Positions 36,250-45,824 of a stretch of 64,000 bases of DNA are shown here, piece after piece. The notes beneath the pieces were generated by a model. It was not told the DNA's origin, did not search any database, and saw nothing but the letters and a program-made list of their open reading frames with translations. The stretch spans positions 8,409 to 72,408 of the forward strand of contig CAZTFQ010000007.1 in NCBI GenBank assembly GCA_964613035.1, in the 5' to 3' direction. Made by a program: the position numbers and the translations under genes. Numbering within the stretch: position 1 is the first letter of the stretch; every line of letters begins with the position of its first letter. The DNA comes from an uncultured Christensenellaceae bacterium (GTDB lineage: Bacteria > Bacillota > Clostridia > Christensenellales > DTU072).

Positions 36250-36555
36250 TTATTTTTTAATATAAGTTTCGCACTTGGTGCGGACGAAGCTGTCCGCGAC
36301 CTTGATACCGACGGAAGAACATCTTCCCTCTCGGTTGTATACGCAGTCCGCGGTAGAACACTCCACACTCACTTCTTCGTCCGGAAGGAAGTCGTTGCCG
36401 GCTTCTATCTCCGCGAAGGTCTGCTCCAGCGCGCCACCGGGACGCTTAATCCTAGAATTACACAACCCCTTGTCGCCGATTACGAGTATGCCCGCGTCGC
36501 AGGTGTGCTTGAGATTGTGGATACAATTAGAGGTGGTACATTTGCATTTGGTCAT
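36250..36555 (-). CDS. Small protein with two DUF1540-like Cys-rich repeats
   Basis: ATG at 36555 after AAGGAG. C.TSNCIHN..H.C.AG.I.V and V.CSTADCVYN..GRC....I.V...T.C.T. Confidence 0.75.
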   Translation of the reverse strand: MTKCKCTTSNCIHNLKHTCDAGILVIGDKGLCNSRIKRPGGALEQTFAEIEAGNDFLPDEEVSVECSTADCVYNREGRCSSVGIKVADSFVRTKCETYIKK

Positions 36556-36605
36556 AGTCAACTCCTTTTTTCTTAGTATAAATGCCGTCGGGAGAATTAT
36601 TCGCG

Positions 36606-36634
36606 TTGACAAAAACTCCTTTTTGATATAGACT
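36606..36634 (+). promoter_or_regulatory. sigmaA promoter of rplI
   Basis: TTGACA (36606-36611), 17 nt, TAGACT (36629-36634). Confidence 0.6.
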
Positions 36635-36660
36635 AAAAAAAAGATTTTAAGGAGACCTAT

Positions 36661-37107
36661 ATGAAAGTCATATTGTTACAGGACGTCAAGCCTCACGGAA
36701 AGAAGGGTGAGTTGATCGAAACCAGCGACGGCTATGCCAAGAATTTTCTTATTCCTAAAAAGATGGCTATAGAAGCGACCGCAACGCGCATCAACGAATA
36801 TAAACAGAACGAAGCTAAAAAGGAACGTATAAGAAAGGAAGAACTTAAAAAGGCTCAGGAGCTTTTCCGCGCGCTTAAAGACGTCTCTCTGACCGTCCCG
36901 ACCAAGGCGGGAGCGGGAGACAAACTCTTCGGGAGCGTAACGCAACAGAATATATCCGACGCCTTCAAGACGGCCGGATACGACGTGCCGAAAAAGAACA
37001 TAACCATAAAAGAACCCATCAAGAGACTGGGCTCGTACACCGTTAACGTATGGGTGTACGCCAATATGACCGTGGACGTCAAAATTCAGGTCGTCCCCGA
37101 AAATTAA
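36661..37107 (+). CDS. rplI: 50S ribosomal protein L9
   Basis: MKVILLQDVK..GKKGE.....DGYA.NFLIPK..A; KLFGSVT...I; IK.LG.Y.V.V. Confidence 0.98.
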   Translation: MKVILLQDVKPHGKKGELIETSDGYAKNFLIPKKMAIEATATRINEYKQNEAKKERIRKEELKKAQELFRALKDVSLTVPTKAGAGDKLFGSVTQQNISDAFKTAGYDVPKKNITIKEPIKRLGSYTVNVWVYANMTVDVKIQVVPEN

Positions 37108-37118
37108 GGAGAATAATT

Positions 37119-37367
37119 ATGAGATATACGTATAGACCCAAGGGAGTGTGCTCCTCGGAAATCAGCTTTGAAATAGTAGACGGCAAGATGCACGACATCG
37201 TATTCGTGGGCGGTTGCAACGGCAATCTGAAAGCCATATCTAAAATTCTCGAGGGCTGGAAACCCGAAGACGTCGTCGAGAGACTGGAAGGCAACACTTG
37301 CGGTTTTCGCTCCACGTCTTGTGCGGACCAGTTGACCCGAGCGATAAAAGAAGCTATAGGAAAATAA
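37119..37367 (+). CDS. TSCPD-domain small protein (TIGR03905-like)
   Basis: ATG 37119 after AAGGAG. Y.P.GVCS..I.F, F.GGCNGNL.AI, GNTCG.R.TSCADQL. Confidence 0.85.
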   Translation: MRYTYRPKGVCSSEISFEIVDGKMHDIVFVGGCNGNLKAISKILEGWKPEDVVERLEGNTCGFRSTSCADQLTRAIKEAIGK

Positions 37368-37397
37368 AAAAAATCCTCTCGTCGGAGAGGATTTTTC
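37366..37397. terminator. Bidirectional terminator
   Basis: AAAAAAAATCCTCTC-GTCG-GAGAGGATTTTT between convergent genes. Confidence 0.85.
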
Positions 37398-37404
37398 TTA
37401 GTCG

Positions 37405-37962
37405 TTATTCGGACAACTTTTTCAGCGTATCTTTCTTGATCTCTTCTCGGAGCTCTTTGAAATATTCCGAAAATTCCACTTTGTCGTTATGATACGTCGC
37501 GTTGACGGCGCGTTCCTTTTCCGTCCAGGTGGACAGGTCGGACAGATTGTGCTGAATAAGAGCCTCGAGACCGTCGAGAGCTTTATATATTTTGGCTTCC
37601 GCGGACTTCTTTTCGGACATTTCGTCGTATAAGGCAAGCAATTCTTTCGATTCTTTTTCGGGCAGACTTCTTACCCAGTCGTAGAGAAGGGCTTCTTCGA
37701 CCTTCTCGTCGGCGTCCGTTTTGTCAAAAGTGGGTATATCTCCCGTGAAAGCCTCCCCGAGGTCGTGGATTAAACACATCTTGACGACTTTATTCATATC
37801 CGCTTCGGGAAAAGAATCCGATATCAGCATCGCCGCCAGCGCCGTCATCCAGCAGTGCTCGGCTACGCTTTCGCGCCTGCCGCCCGAGGTGTAGCAGTGT
37901 CTGGTCGCGTCTTTAAGTCGCTCCGCTATTATAAGGATATCCAATAATTCGCGCGGTTTCAT
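37405..37962 (-). CDS. HD-domain phosphohydrolase (YfbR/HDDC2-like)
   Basis: LK...RH, ESVAEH.W, MCLIHDLGEA.TGD, K.LD.LE. Confidence 0.9.
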   Translation of the reverse strand: MKPRELLDILIIAERLKDATRHCYTSGGRRESVAEHCWMTALAAMLISDSFPEADMNKVVKMCLIHDLGEAFTGDIPTFDKTDADEKVEEALLYDWVRSLPEKESKELLALYDEMSEKKSAEAKIYKALDGLEALIQHNLSDLSTWTEKERAVNATYHNDKVEFSEYFKELREEIKKDTLKKLSE

Positions 37963-38028
37963 AGAGTATTCCTCCTATATAAGGATACTCTCATTATATC
38001 ATCGCACGCAGCCTTTGTCTATATCGAG

Positions 38029-38625
38029 TTATACGCACGCGGTGTCCAGATTGAGCTCGAATGTTATTTGCTTGGACTGACACACGGGACACTTCTTGGG
38101 TGCCTGCTTCCCGTTATGACGATAGCCGCAAGAGGGGCATACCCAGGAATACTCGGTGTTTTTCTTGTATAAAGTGCCGTCTTTCATCTGGTCGTGCATA
38201 CTGAGGAAAACTTTTTCGTGTTGAAGTTCTATTTTGGATAAATTGTTAAACAAACCCGCGATATCGGGAAAACCTTCTTTTTCTGCGATTTTGGCGTATT
38301 CCGGATAAACTTCGCTGCCTTCCGTGTGCTCGTCGTCCGCGGACAGTTTCAGATTGTCGAGAAGATTCCATTTTTGTTTGAAAGGATATCCCGCTTTGAC
38401 GTCGATATTTTTAATCTCGTCTTCGCTCGCAGATTCGATGAAAGTGTATATCATCCTGGCGTGATTGAATTCCTGATAGATTATTCCGTCGATAATCTGC
38501 GCTATTGCCTCGTAGCCTTCCTTGCGAGCGCCGTATTCGACGAATTTGTACCTCGTCATCGCCTGACATTCTCCGGCAAAAGCCTTGGCTAAATTTTGAT
38601 AAGTTTTACTGTCTGTTAGTTTCAT
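38029..38625 (-). CDS. rbr: Rubrerythrin
   Basis: T..NL.KAFAGE.QA..RY, QEFNHA, E..E...YP..A..A..EG, IE..HE, C-terminal rubredoxin WVCPSCGY...P.KCPVC. Confidence 0.93.
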   Translation of the reverse strand: MKLTDSKTYQNLAKAFAGECQAMTRYKFVEYGARKEGYEAIAQIIDGIIYQEFNHARMIYTFIESASEDEIKNIDVKAGYPFKQKWNLLDNLKLSADDEHTEGSEVYPEYAKIAEKEGFPDIAGLFNNLSKIELQHEKVFLSMHDQMKDGTLYKKNTEYSWVCPSCGYRHNGKQAPKKCPVCQSKQITFELNLDTACV

Positions 38626-38718
38626 TTCGACCTCCGTTTTTTTTTGAGTATTTCCCGTATTACGGCTTTTATACGGATAATTCAGACAAGGTTTTACATT
38701 CTAAGAAAAAGGAGTTGT

Positions 38719-39219
38719 ATGAAAGACACCGGAGTTGTCAGAAGAATAGACGAGCTGGGCAGAGTGGTTATCCCCAAGGAAATACGCCGAGCGATGAGGA
38801 TGAGAGAGGGAGAAACGGTGGAAGTTTTCGTCTCGGGAGAAGACGAAGTCGTGTTGAAAAGATACTCGTCGTTAAAATCGATGCGCAGAATGTTTTCCGC
38901 TTACGGGAATATTCTGGCTAGGAAAGTAGGTCGTTCCGTCATCGTGACGGACCGAGAAGAAGTCGTCGACGGTCCGAGTGCGTACGTAGGGAAAAAACTC
39001 TCGGAAGAATTATGCGGAATTCTGGAAAAGAGAGCCCCTAAATCGACCTCGCTCTCGGTGATAAAGGGCTCTTTAGAAGAAAAAGTCTTCGTCGTGCCGT
39101 TGATAGCGAGGGGAGACACAGTCGGAGGGATTGTCGTGAGAGTATCTTCCGAGCTGTCCGAAGACGACCGTCGACTCGTAGAGACCGTCGGGGAATGTAT
39201 GGCTTTAGGGTTGGAATGA
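38719..39219 (+). CDS. spoVT: AbrB-family regulator, stage V sporulation protein T-like
   Basis: ATG 38719. TGVVRRIDELGRVVIPKEIRR.MR.REG, V.LK.YS, and a GAF-like C-terminus. Upstream of yabM/mazG as in Bacillus and Clostridia. Confidence 0.85.
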   Translation: MKDTGVVRRIDELGRVVIPKEIRRAMRMREGETVEVFVSGEDEVVLKRYSSLKSMRRMFSAYGNILARKVGRSVIVTDREEVVDGPSAYVGKKLSEELCGILEKRAPKSTSLSVIKGSLEEKVFVVPLIARGDTVGGIVVRVSSELSEDDRRLVETVGECMALGLE

Positions 39220-39220
39220 T

Positions 39221-40786
39221 ATGGGGAAAGACAGATTTTTGAAGGGCGCGACCCTTCTTGCCTGCGCGACTATCGTATCCAAGCTCATCGGAGCGTTGTA
39301 CAGAATACCTCTGACCAATATTTTGGGAGCGGAAGGGATAGGTCTGTATCAATTGGTCTTTCCGCTGTACGCGCTGGTGCTTACGCTGTCGTCGGGAGCG
39401 GTGCCCAATGCAGTCGCCATAGTCGTCTCGGGCGCGTACGCGTCTGACGCCGAGTCCGCCAAGAAGAGGTTTTCGATAGCGTTGAGAGTGATAACCGCGA
39501 TAGGAGCGGGGTTTTCGGCGATAATGGCATTGCTGGCATATCCTCTCAGCCTGTTACAACGTAACGAGGAGGCTGTATTCGGATATCTGGCGATAGCGCC
39601 CGCGGTCGCCGTCGTGTCCGCGGTGTCCGTCTACAGAGGTTATTTTCAGGGCAAAAAAAATATGCGCCCCACCTCTATATCCAATATAACGGAAGCGGTG
39701 GTCAAACTGTCCGCGGGATTGCTGGCGGCATTGCTCTTAAAAGACTTAGGGACGATATATTCCGTTATAGGCGCGCTTTCGGGCGTGACGATATCCGAAA
39801 TAGTCACTTTGATCGTATTGTACGCGATATTCAAAAAGAAAGAAGGCAAGCTGCCTCGTCTGAAAAAGAGCGACGATTATAAGGACGGACTGAGAGACGT
39901 GTTACGCGTCTCCGTGCCGATGGCGATATGCGGAGTCATCGCCAATCTGACCCAGTTTATAGACAGCGTGGCGGTCGTACCGTTTTTAGAATTCGTGGGG
40001 AAAGGCACTGCAGAGGCTACCAAGGAATACGGACTGTTTTCGGGTCCCGTATCGTCTCTTATCAGTCTCCCCGTAGTGGTCGGCATATGCTTATCCGTGG
40101 CAATCATTCCGTCCGTATCTACGGATAAAAAGAGACTTGACGTCGACGGAATTAAAGAAAAAACCTCTTCCGCGATAAAACTTTCTTTCGCTATAGGACT
40201 GCCCTTCGCCGCGTTTTTTATAGTGGCGGCGGACGGAATAGTCGCGTGTCTGTATCCGACTTTTTCTGCGGAAGAGACTGTTATGACGGCGACTCTTCTG
40301 AGAATAGCGTCGGTGTCCTCTCTGGCGTTGCTTTTAGGACAGATACTTGTGGCGGTCATGCAGGCGCTCGGTTATATCCGACTGCCTATCCGCAATTATG
40401 CGATAGGCGCTACGATAAAAGTAGGGCTGGACTTTATTCTGATGCCGTATATCGGAGTGTACGGGGTGGCGGTTGCCTCCGCGGTCAACGCCGTGGCGAC
40501 GTTGATTCTCAATGCGATATGTTATATTCGCCTGACGGGAAAACCGACCGTAAAAATCCGACCGACCGTCTCTATAATCGCATCCGCGGCGATAGTATCC
40601 GCAGTAGGAGCGATTATTACGGAAAGTTCTTTTCCCGTGACCGGCGCGATAGTCGCGGGATCTGTCGGCGTGGCGTTATATATAGTGCTGATGGCCCGAT
40701 TTAAGATTTTTTCGGACGAAGAACTTTTAGGACTTCCTCTCGGAAAAAATATAACGGAGTTGTTTTCCGTAATATCTAGGAGTTAA
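39221..40786 (+). CDS. MOP-superfamily flippase (YabM/SpoVB-like polysaccharide biosynthesis protein)
   Basis: F.KGA..L....I.SK.IGA.YRIPL..ILG.EG.G.YQ..FP, YRGYFQG..NM.PT; about 14 TM. Confidence 0.9.
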   Translation: MGKDRFLKGATLLACATIVSKLIGALYRIPLTNILGAEGIGLYQLVFPLYALVLTLSSGAVPNAVAIVVSGAYASDAESAKKRFSIALRVITAIGAGFSAIMALLAYPLSLLQRNEEAVFGYLAIAPAVAVVSAVSVYRGYFQGKKNMRPTSISNITEAVVKLSAGLLAALLLKDLGTIYSVIGALSGVTISEIVTLIVLYAIFKKKEGKLPRLKKSDDYKDGLRDVLRVSVPMAICGVIANLTQFIDSVAVVPFLEFVGKGTAEATKEYGLFSGPVSSLISLPVVVGICLSVAIIPSVSTDKKRLDVDGIKEKTSSAIKLSFAIGLPFAAFFIVAADGIVACLYPTFSAEETVMTATLLRIASVSSLALLLGQILVAVMQALGYIRLPIRNYAIGATIKVGLDFILMPYIGVYGVAVASAVNAVATLILNAICYIRLTGKPTVKIRPTVSIIASAAIVSAVGAIITESSFPVTGAIVAGSVGVALYIVLMARFKIFSDEELLGLPLGKNITELFSVISRS

Positions 40787-40860
40787 AACACTTTTCTTAA
40801 CAACGGAAAAATGCTACAATAGTCTTGCCGCGTAAGGCAAGATTTTTTTAGGAGTTAAGT

Positions 40861-41676
40861 ATGGAATTGACTAACGAATATCTCGAGCAGGTGGAAAAGG
40901 AGTTCGGAGAGCTGGTTAAAATCGTCTATCGTCTCCGTCAACCCGACGGATGTCCCTGGGACAGAGCGCAGACTCACGAGTCCATCCGCACCAATGCGAT
41001 AGAAGAAGCGTACGAGCTGGTAGAAGCCATAGAAAAAGCCGACCGCGAGAAGATGACCGAAGAATGCGGAGACGTCTTGCTTCAGGCGGTCTTCAACGGC
41101 ATCATCGCAGAAGACGCGGACGAGTTCACGTTACTGGACGTCCTCAAAGGTCTCAACGGTAAGTTGCGCTTCAGACATACGCATATATTCGGTCAAGACA
41201 AGGCGTATTCGGAAGAAGACGCGCTTAAGTTTTGGGAGAACAATAAAGCCAAAGAAAAGGGACAGAAGTCTCTTTCGGATAAGCTGGACGGCATAGCGAC
41301 CACTTTCCCCTCTACGATGAAAGCGGAAAAGGTCCAGAAGTACGTTAGAAAAATCGGCTTCGATTTCTCTTCTAAGGAGGACGCCGCCGATAAGGTGAGA
41401 GAAGAGCTCTCCGAGTACCTTGCCGCCACGAGCGCGGAAGAAAGAGAATCGGAAGGCGGCGACTTGCTCTTTTCCGTAATCAATCTTCTCCGTATGGACG
41501 GGATTTTTTCGGAAGTCGCCCTCAATCGATCCACTTCCAAGTTTACGGACAGAGTTAAACTTATGGAAACGCTGGCGTCTGAAGACAACAAGAATTTAGC
41601 CGACTTGTCTCTTGTCGAGCAAGAAGAATATTATCAAAAGGCAAAAAGAATTCTGAATGAAAAACCTCAAGTTTAG
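40861..41676 (+). CDS. mazG: Nucleoside triphosphate pyrophosphohydrolase MazG
   Basis: LRQPDGCPWDRAQTHES, EEAYE, EECGD.LLQ, K...RH.HIF, KVREE..E, E.GDLLF. Confidence 0.95.
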   Translation: MELTNEYLEQVEKEFGELVKIVYRLRQPDGCPWDRAQTHESIRTNAIEEAYELVEAIEKADREKMTEECGDVLLQAVFNGIIAEDADEFTLLDVLKGLNGKLRFRHTHIFGQDKAYSEEDALKFWENNKAKEKGQKSLSDKLDGIATTFPSTMKAEKVQKYVRKIGFDFSSKEDAADKVREELSEYLAATSAEERESEGGDLLFSVINLLRMDGIFSEVALNRSTSKFTDRVKLMETLASEDNKNLADLSLVEQEEYYQKAKRILNEKPQV

Positions 41677-42589
41677 CATCCCCGACAATCTTGTTTTGGC
41701 ACCTATAGCGGGATATTCCGACGTGGGGCTGAGGACGCTCTCGTATAAATACGGAGCGGGGCTTTGCTATACGGAGATGGTCTCGGCTAAAGGACTCTAT
41801 TACGGAAGTCGCGGCAGCGAGACTCTTCTGTATCTGAGCGAAGAAGAAAAAAATCGTACGGGAGTACAGCTCTTCGGGGAGGACGCACGCATTATATCGG
41901 AAGTCGCGGCGAGTAAGGCTATAGAGCCCTTTAGATACATAGATATCAATATGGGATGTCCCGTCCCCAAGGTTGTCAAAAACGGTGAAGGCAGCGCATT
42001 GCTTAAGTCGCCGTCCAAGATATACGATATCGTCTCGGCGTTAAAAAAAGCGGTCGGAGACGACAGGGTGATTTCGGTTAAGCTCCGACTCGGATTCGAG
42101 AAGGGGTCCTTTTACGCGCTCGACGCCGCCGGAGCCGCGGAAGACGGCGGAGCGGACCTCATATATCTCCACGGCAGAAGAAGAGAAGATTACTTTTCCG
42201 GTGAAATAGATTACGACGGCATAGCCGCGGTAAAAGCAAGCGTTAATATTCCCGTTTTCGGCAACGGCAACGTCTTCGATAAGAATAGTTACGAAAAAAT
42301 GCTCTCTACCGGAGTGGACGGCGTAATGATAGGCAGAGGCGCGCTGGGACGCCCGTGGGTTTTTGAAGAAGTAAGAGGGATCGAGAGCGAATATTCCGTC
42401 AGAGAAACGGTGTTGTATCACATATCCAAGCTTCTGGAAGTTTTGCCCGAGCACGTAGTAGCCAACAATATGAAGTCCGTACTGTCTCTCTACGTCAAAG
42501 GCTTGCCGGATGTCAAAGCCAGAAGAAGACGCATATTCGATTCAAAATCCTTGGAAGACATATACGCCATAACGGAGGAGTTGCCGTGA
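41657..42589 (+). CDS. dusB: tRNA-dihydrouridine synthase (DusB-like)
   Basis: LAPIAG.SD, TEMVSA, QLFG, IDINMGCP.PKV, SVK.R.G, HGR, GNG.V, GVMIGR.ALG.PW. Confidence 0.92.
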   Translation: MKNLKFSIPDNLVLAPIAGYSDVGLRTLSYKYGAGLCYTEMVSAKGLYYGSRGSETLLYLSEEEKNRTGVQLFGEDARIISEVAASKAIEPFRYIDINMGCPVPKVVKNGEGSALLKSPSKIYDIVSALKKAVGDDRVISVKLRLGFEKGSFYALDAAGAAEDGGADLIYLHGRRREDYFSGEIDYDGIAAVKASVNIPVFGNGNVFDKNSYEKMLSTGVDGVMIGRGALGRPWVFEEVRGIESEYSVRETVLYHISKLLEVLPEHVVANNMKSVLSLYVKGLPDVKARRRRIFDSKSLEDIYAITEELP

Positions 42590-43044
42590 TAACGATCAAT
42601 ATAGTGGCGGTAGGCAATCTTAAAGAAAAATTCACTCGCGACATGCAGGACGAGTATCTTAAACGTATCTCGAGGTTTGCTAAAATCAACGTCAAGGAAA
42701 TAGCGGAAAAAAACAAAGAAAGCAACGACGAGCTGACCCTGGCGAAAGAGGGCAAGGATATCGTTGCGGCACTCGAAGGATATCCGATTTTACTCGATAT
42801 AGGCGGCAGAGAATATTCGAGCACGGAGTTTGCTAAAAAAATCGCCGATTTAGCTCAGACTACTTCGAAAATAACCTTCGTAATAGGTTCTTCGTGCGGA
42901 GTTTCCTCGGAAGTGAAAGACGCCGTCAAGGATAAAATGTCTTTCGGCAAGGCGACTTTTCCGCACAACCTCGCCAGAATTATGCTGGAAGAACAGATTT
43001 ACAGGGCTTTTACCATACTCAACAACGTCAAGTATCATAAGTGA
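42586..43044 (+). CDS. rlmH: 23S rRNA (pseudouridine1915-N3)-methyltransferase RlmH
   Basis: I..VG.LKE......EY.KR, E...I, LD..G...SS, F.IG...G, S.G..TFPH.LAR..L.EQIYRA..I....YHK. Confidence 0.96.
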   Translation: MITINIVAVGNLKEKFTRDMQDEYLKRISRFAKINVKEIAEKNKESNDELTLAKEGKDIVAALEGYPILLDIGGREYSSTEFAKKIADLAQTTSKITFVIGSSCGVSSEVKDAVKDKMSFGKATFPHNLARIMLEEQIYRAFTILNNVKYHK

Positions 43045-43136
43045 CGACGGTCTCGTTGAAATTATCTATTTACATCCGCGCGTTTTTATTATATAATTTA
43101 CAGTAACTAGGATAATCGACTCTTCGGCGGTAGATA

Positions 43137-45824
43137 ATGTTCAAGCTGATAAAAAGCACCAAGTCTCTCGTTTTAGTTTTTGTACTGGTAGTGATACTGG
43201 TTGCTTGTCAAGCCGTTTTCGAGCTGGCGCTTCCCGATTATATGAGCGATATCGTCAATTACGGCATATACGAGGACTACGAGCCTCTGTATAAGTATGC
43301 CGATATGGAATGTCCGGAAGGATTCTCGATAGACGACGAAAAAGCCGCCACCGGCTACGACGTCTCCAGAATCCCGATTTTTTATATGAAAGACGGCTTT
43401 TCGACCGTCGATCTGAAAGAAGCCTATTCGGAATTGTACAACACGGATATTTCCGTTGAATTCAAAGACATCCGAGTTAAAGACAGCGAGGAATTGTTCA
43501 ACGACGTTCTGATGCCGTTTTTTAACGCTCTGTCTCCTTTTCAGGGAGAGAAATATGCCGATATGAGTGAGAGTCGGCGAGAGGAATATAAAGACGTTCT
43601 GTCGATGCTACTCGACGTGTCTACCGTAAAAGACACCGGCACTATCAATTACGATACGTTTTTAAGTTTGGAAAAAGATACGGAAGAAGCGGGAGAAGAA
43701 TCCGGTCTGTGGGAAAACGACACCGTCAGGAAGCTTCTTGCGTCTTGCTTCAAGTGTATGAAACACAGCGAGTACGGCAACGTTATGCCCATCCCCGTGT
43801 CGGCTGACAGTATTACTGAAGACGGTAGCTGGAACGGTGACAAGTCGTCGTATCTGTCTGTAGACGAGTACGGTCACGCCCTCGACGACGATAAGGTCAC
43901 GTACGTCTACGACGAAGCGTCCGAGAGAGCGGCTTCCATGTACGACTACGAAATCATCATGTGCCACAGAGTGTTCGGATACGCTTATAAATATAAGGAC
44001 GGCGAAAAGTGGGTGGACAACGTCTTGGGCACCAGCGTATCCACGGCGAAAGAACGCGCGGACAAATTCAACGCGGATCACGGAATAGACGTGTCGGAAA
44101 AAAATTGGTTCGAAAAGATTATAGACAATCTCTCTTTCACCAAGACGGAGAAAGAATCCGAAATCAATCCCGACGCCAAGACGTATGAAGATATGCTTAT
44201 TCCCGACGGACAGACCGTCCAGACGTCCGACTTCTCTTACATTCTCAGAAAAGGCGGACTGATGCTCCTGTTCGCATTCCTCGCACTCTCTACGGGCGTG
44301 ACGGCGGCTTACGTCTCGGCAGATTACGTGGCACGGTTTTCTTCCTTCGTCAGAGAAAAGATATTCAATAAGGTGGACTCGTTTTCTTCGGGAGAGTACG
44401 ACGACTTCACCACGGCGTCTCTCATTACCCGCAGTACCAACGACGTCAATCAGATACAGAACATATTCCTTCTTATTTTAAGGACTGCCCTGGGCGCGCC
44501 GGTCACTATCATAGGCGGATTGATTTTGTCTTTCCGCATCTCCGTCGATATGACGCTGGTCATCCTGTATCCGTTGCCCTTGCTGTTCATAGGCGCGTTC
44601 ATCGCGGCAAAAATCGTCTTCCCGATATTCGACGTCATTCAGACAAAAGTAGACCGTCTGACCCTCATTATGAGAGAGAACCTCACCGGTATACGCGTTA
44701 TACGTGCCTTCAACAAGCAGGAGAACGAAGAACGTCGATTCAAAGAAGTCAACGACAGCCTGACCAAGTCCGCCATTACGGTCAATCGTTGGACCGCTCT
44801 TATGGCTCCCGCGGTTACGGTGGCTATGAATATCACGGGGCTAGGAATTATCTACGTGGCGGCGTCGCTTATCGCGGATAATCAGAACATCAATATAGGC
44901 GAGATGCTGGCTATCCAGCAGTATATAGCTCTAACTATGACTGCTCTGGTTATGCTTGCGGTCGTCCTCGTAATGTACCCCAGAGCCGCCACCAGCGCCA
45001 AGCGTATCAACGAAGTTTTGGAGACGCCTCTTTCCGTACGTAACAAAACGGAACTTTTGCCCGAACTTACGGAATGCGGCAAGGTGGAGTTTAAGAACGT
45101 CTCGTTCAAATATTCCGAATCGGCGTCCGAATATATACTTAAAGATATATCTTTCGTCGCGGAGAAGGGCAAGACGACCGCAATAGTAGGCGGCACGGGC
45201 TCCGGTAAGTCGAGCGTCGTCGGACTTATCCCCAGAATGTACGACGTCACGGAGGGCGAAGTATTGTTGGACGGCGTGAGAGTGGACGAGATGCCCTTAG
45301 ACGAGTTGAGAGCCCGTATAGGTTACGTTCCGCAAAAGGCAATGCTCTTTTCCGGTACTATCAGAGATAATATCAAATTCGGCAAGAAGGACGCCACCGA
45401 CGACGAAATATGGCACGCTCTCGCCATAGCGCAATCGGAGCAATTCGTCCGAGAAAAATCGGGCGAACTGGACGCGGTCGTGGAGCAGGGCGGACAAAAC
45501 TTCTCGGGCGGACAAAAGCAACGTCTATCCATTGCCCGTGCGGTGGTGAGGAAGCCGGAAGTGTTCGTTTTCGACGACAGCTTTTCCGCACTCGATTTTC
45601 TTACCGACAGGAAGTTAAGGACGGCTCTTAAAGAAATCACGTCGGAGTCCGCCGTCATAATCATCGCGCAGAGAATAGGCACCGTTCTCGACGCGGACAA
45701 CATCATAGTTATGGACAACGGCAGAATAGTTGACGCGGGACGTCACGAAGAGCTCCTTCGTCGATGCTCCGTCTATCGGGATATCTGCTTGTCTCAAATG
45801 AGTAAGGAGGAGTTGGGGTTGTAA
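43137..45824 (+). CDS. ABC exporter half (TMD+NBD) with large extracytoplasmic insertion
   Basis: LPDYMSDIVN, SLITRSTNDV.Q.Q, RENLTG.RVIRAF, GGTGSGKS, FSGGQKQRLSIARA, VFDDSFSALD (degenerate site). About 320 extra residues between TM1 and TM2. Confidence 0.93.
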   Translation: MFKLIKSTKSLVLVFVLVVILVACQAVFELALPDYMSDIVNYGIYEDYEPLYKYADMECPEGFSIDDEKAATGYDVSRIPIFYMKDGFSTVDLKEAYSELYNTDISVEFKDIRVKDSEELFNDVLMPFFNALSPFQGEKYADMSESRREEYKDVLSMLLDVSTVKDTGTINYDTFLSLEKDTEEAGEESGLWENDTVRKLLASCFKCMKHSEYGNVMPIPVSADSITEDGSWNGDKSSYLSVDEYGHALDDDKVTYVYDEASERAASMYDYEIIMCHRVFGYAYKYKDGEKWVDNVLGTSVSTAKERADKFNADHGIDVSEKNWFEKIIDNLSFTKTEKESEINPDAKTYEDMLIPDGQTVQTSDFSYILRKGGLMLLFAFLALSTGVTAAYVSADYVARFSSFVREKIFNKVDSFSSGEYDDFTTASLITRSTNDVNQIQNIFLLILRTALGAPVTIIGGLILSFRISVDMTLVILYPLPLLFIGAFIAAKIVFPIFDVIQTKVDRLTLIMRENLTGIRVIRAFNKQENEERRFKEVNDSLTKSAITVNRWTALMAPAVTVAMNITGLGIIYVAASLIADNQNINIGEMLAIQQYIALTMTALVMLAVVLVMYPRAATSAKRINEVLETPLSVRNKTELLPELTECGKVEFKNVSFKYSESASEYILKDISFVAEKGKTTAIVGGTGSGKSSVVGLIPRMYDVTEGEVLLDGVRVDEMPLDELRARIGYVPQKAMLFSGTIRDNIKFGKKDATDDEIWHALAIAQSEQFVREKSGELDAVVEQGGQNFSGGQKQRLSIARAVVRKPEVFVFDDSFSALDFLTDRKLRTALKEITSESAVIIIAQRIGTVLDADNIIVMDNGRIVDAGRHEELLRRCSVYRDICLSQMSKEELGL

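Noticed and set aside
40861-41676. mazG plus an AbrB-fold gene as a toxin-antitoxin or anti-phage system
   Set aside because: The order spoVT-yabM-mazG is the conserved Firmicutes housekeeping/sporulation synteny, and no toxin gene is present.
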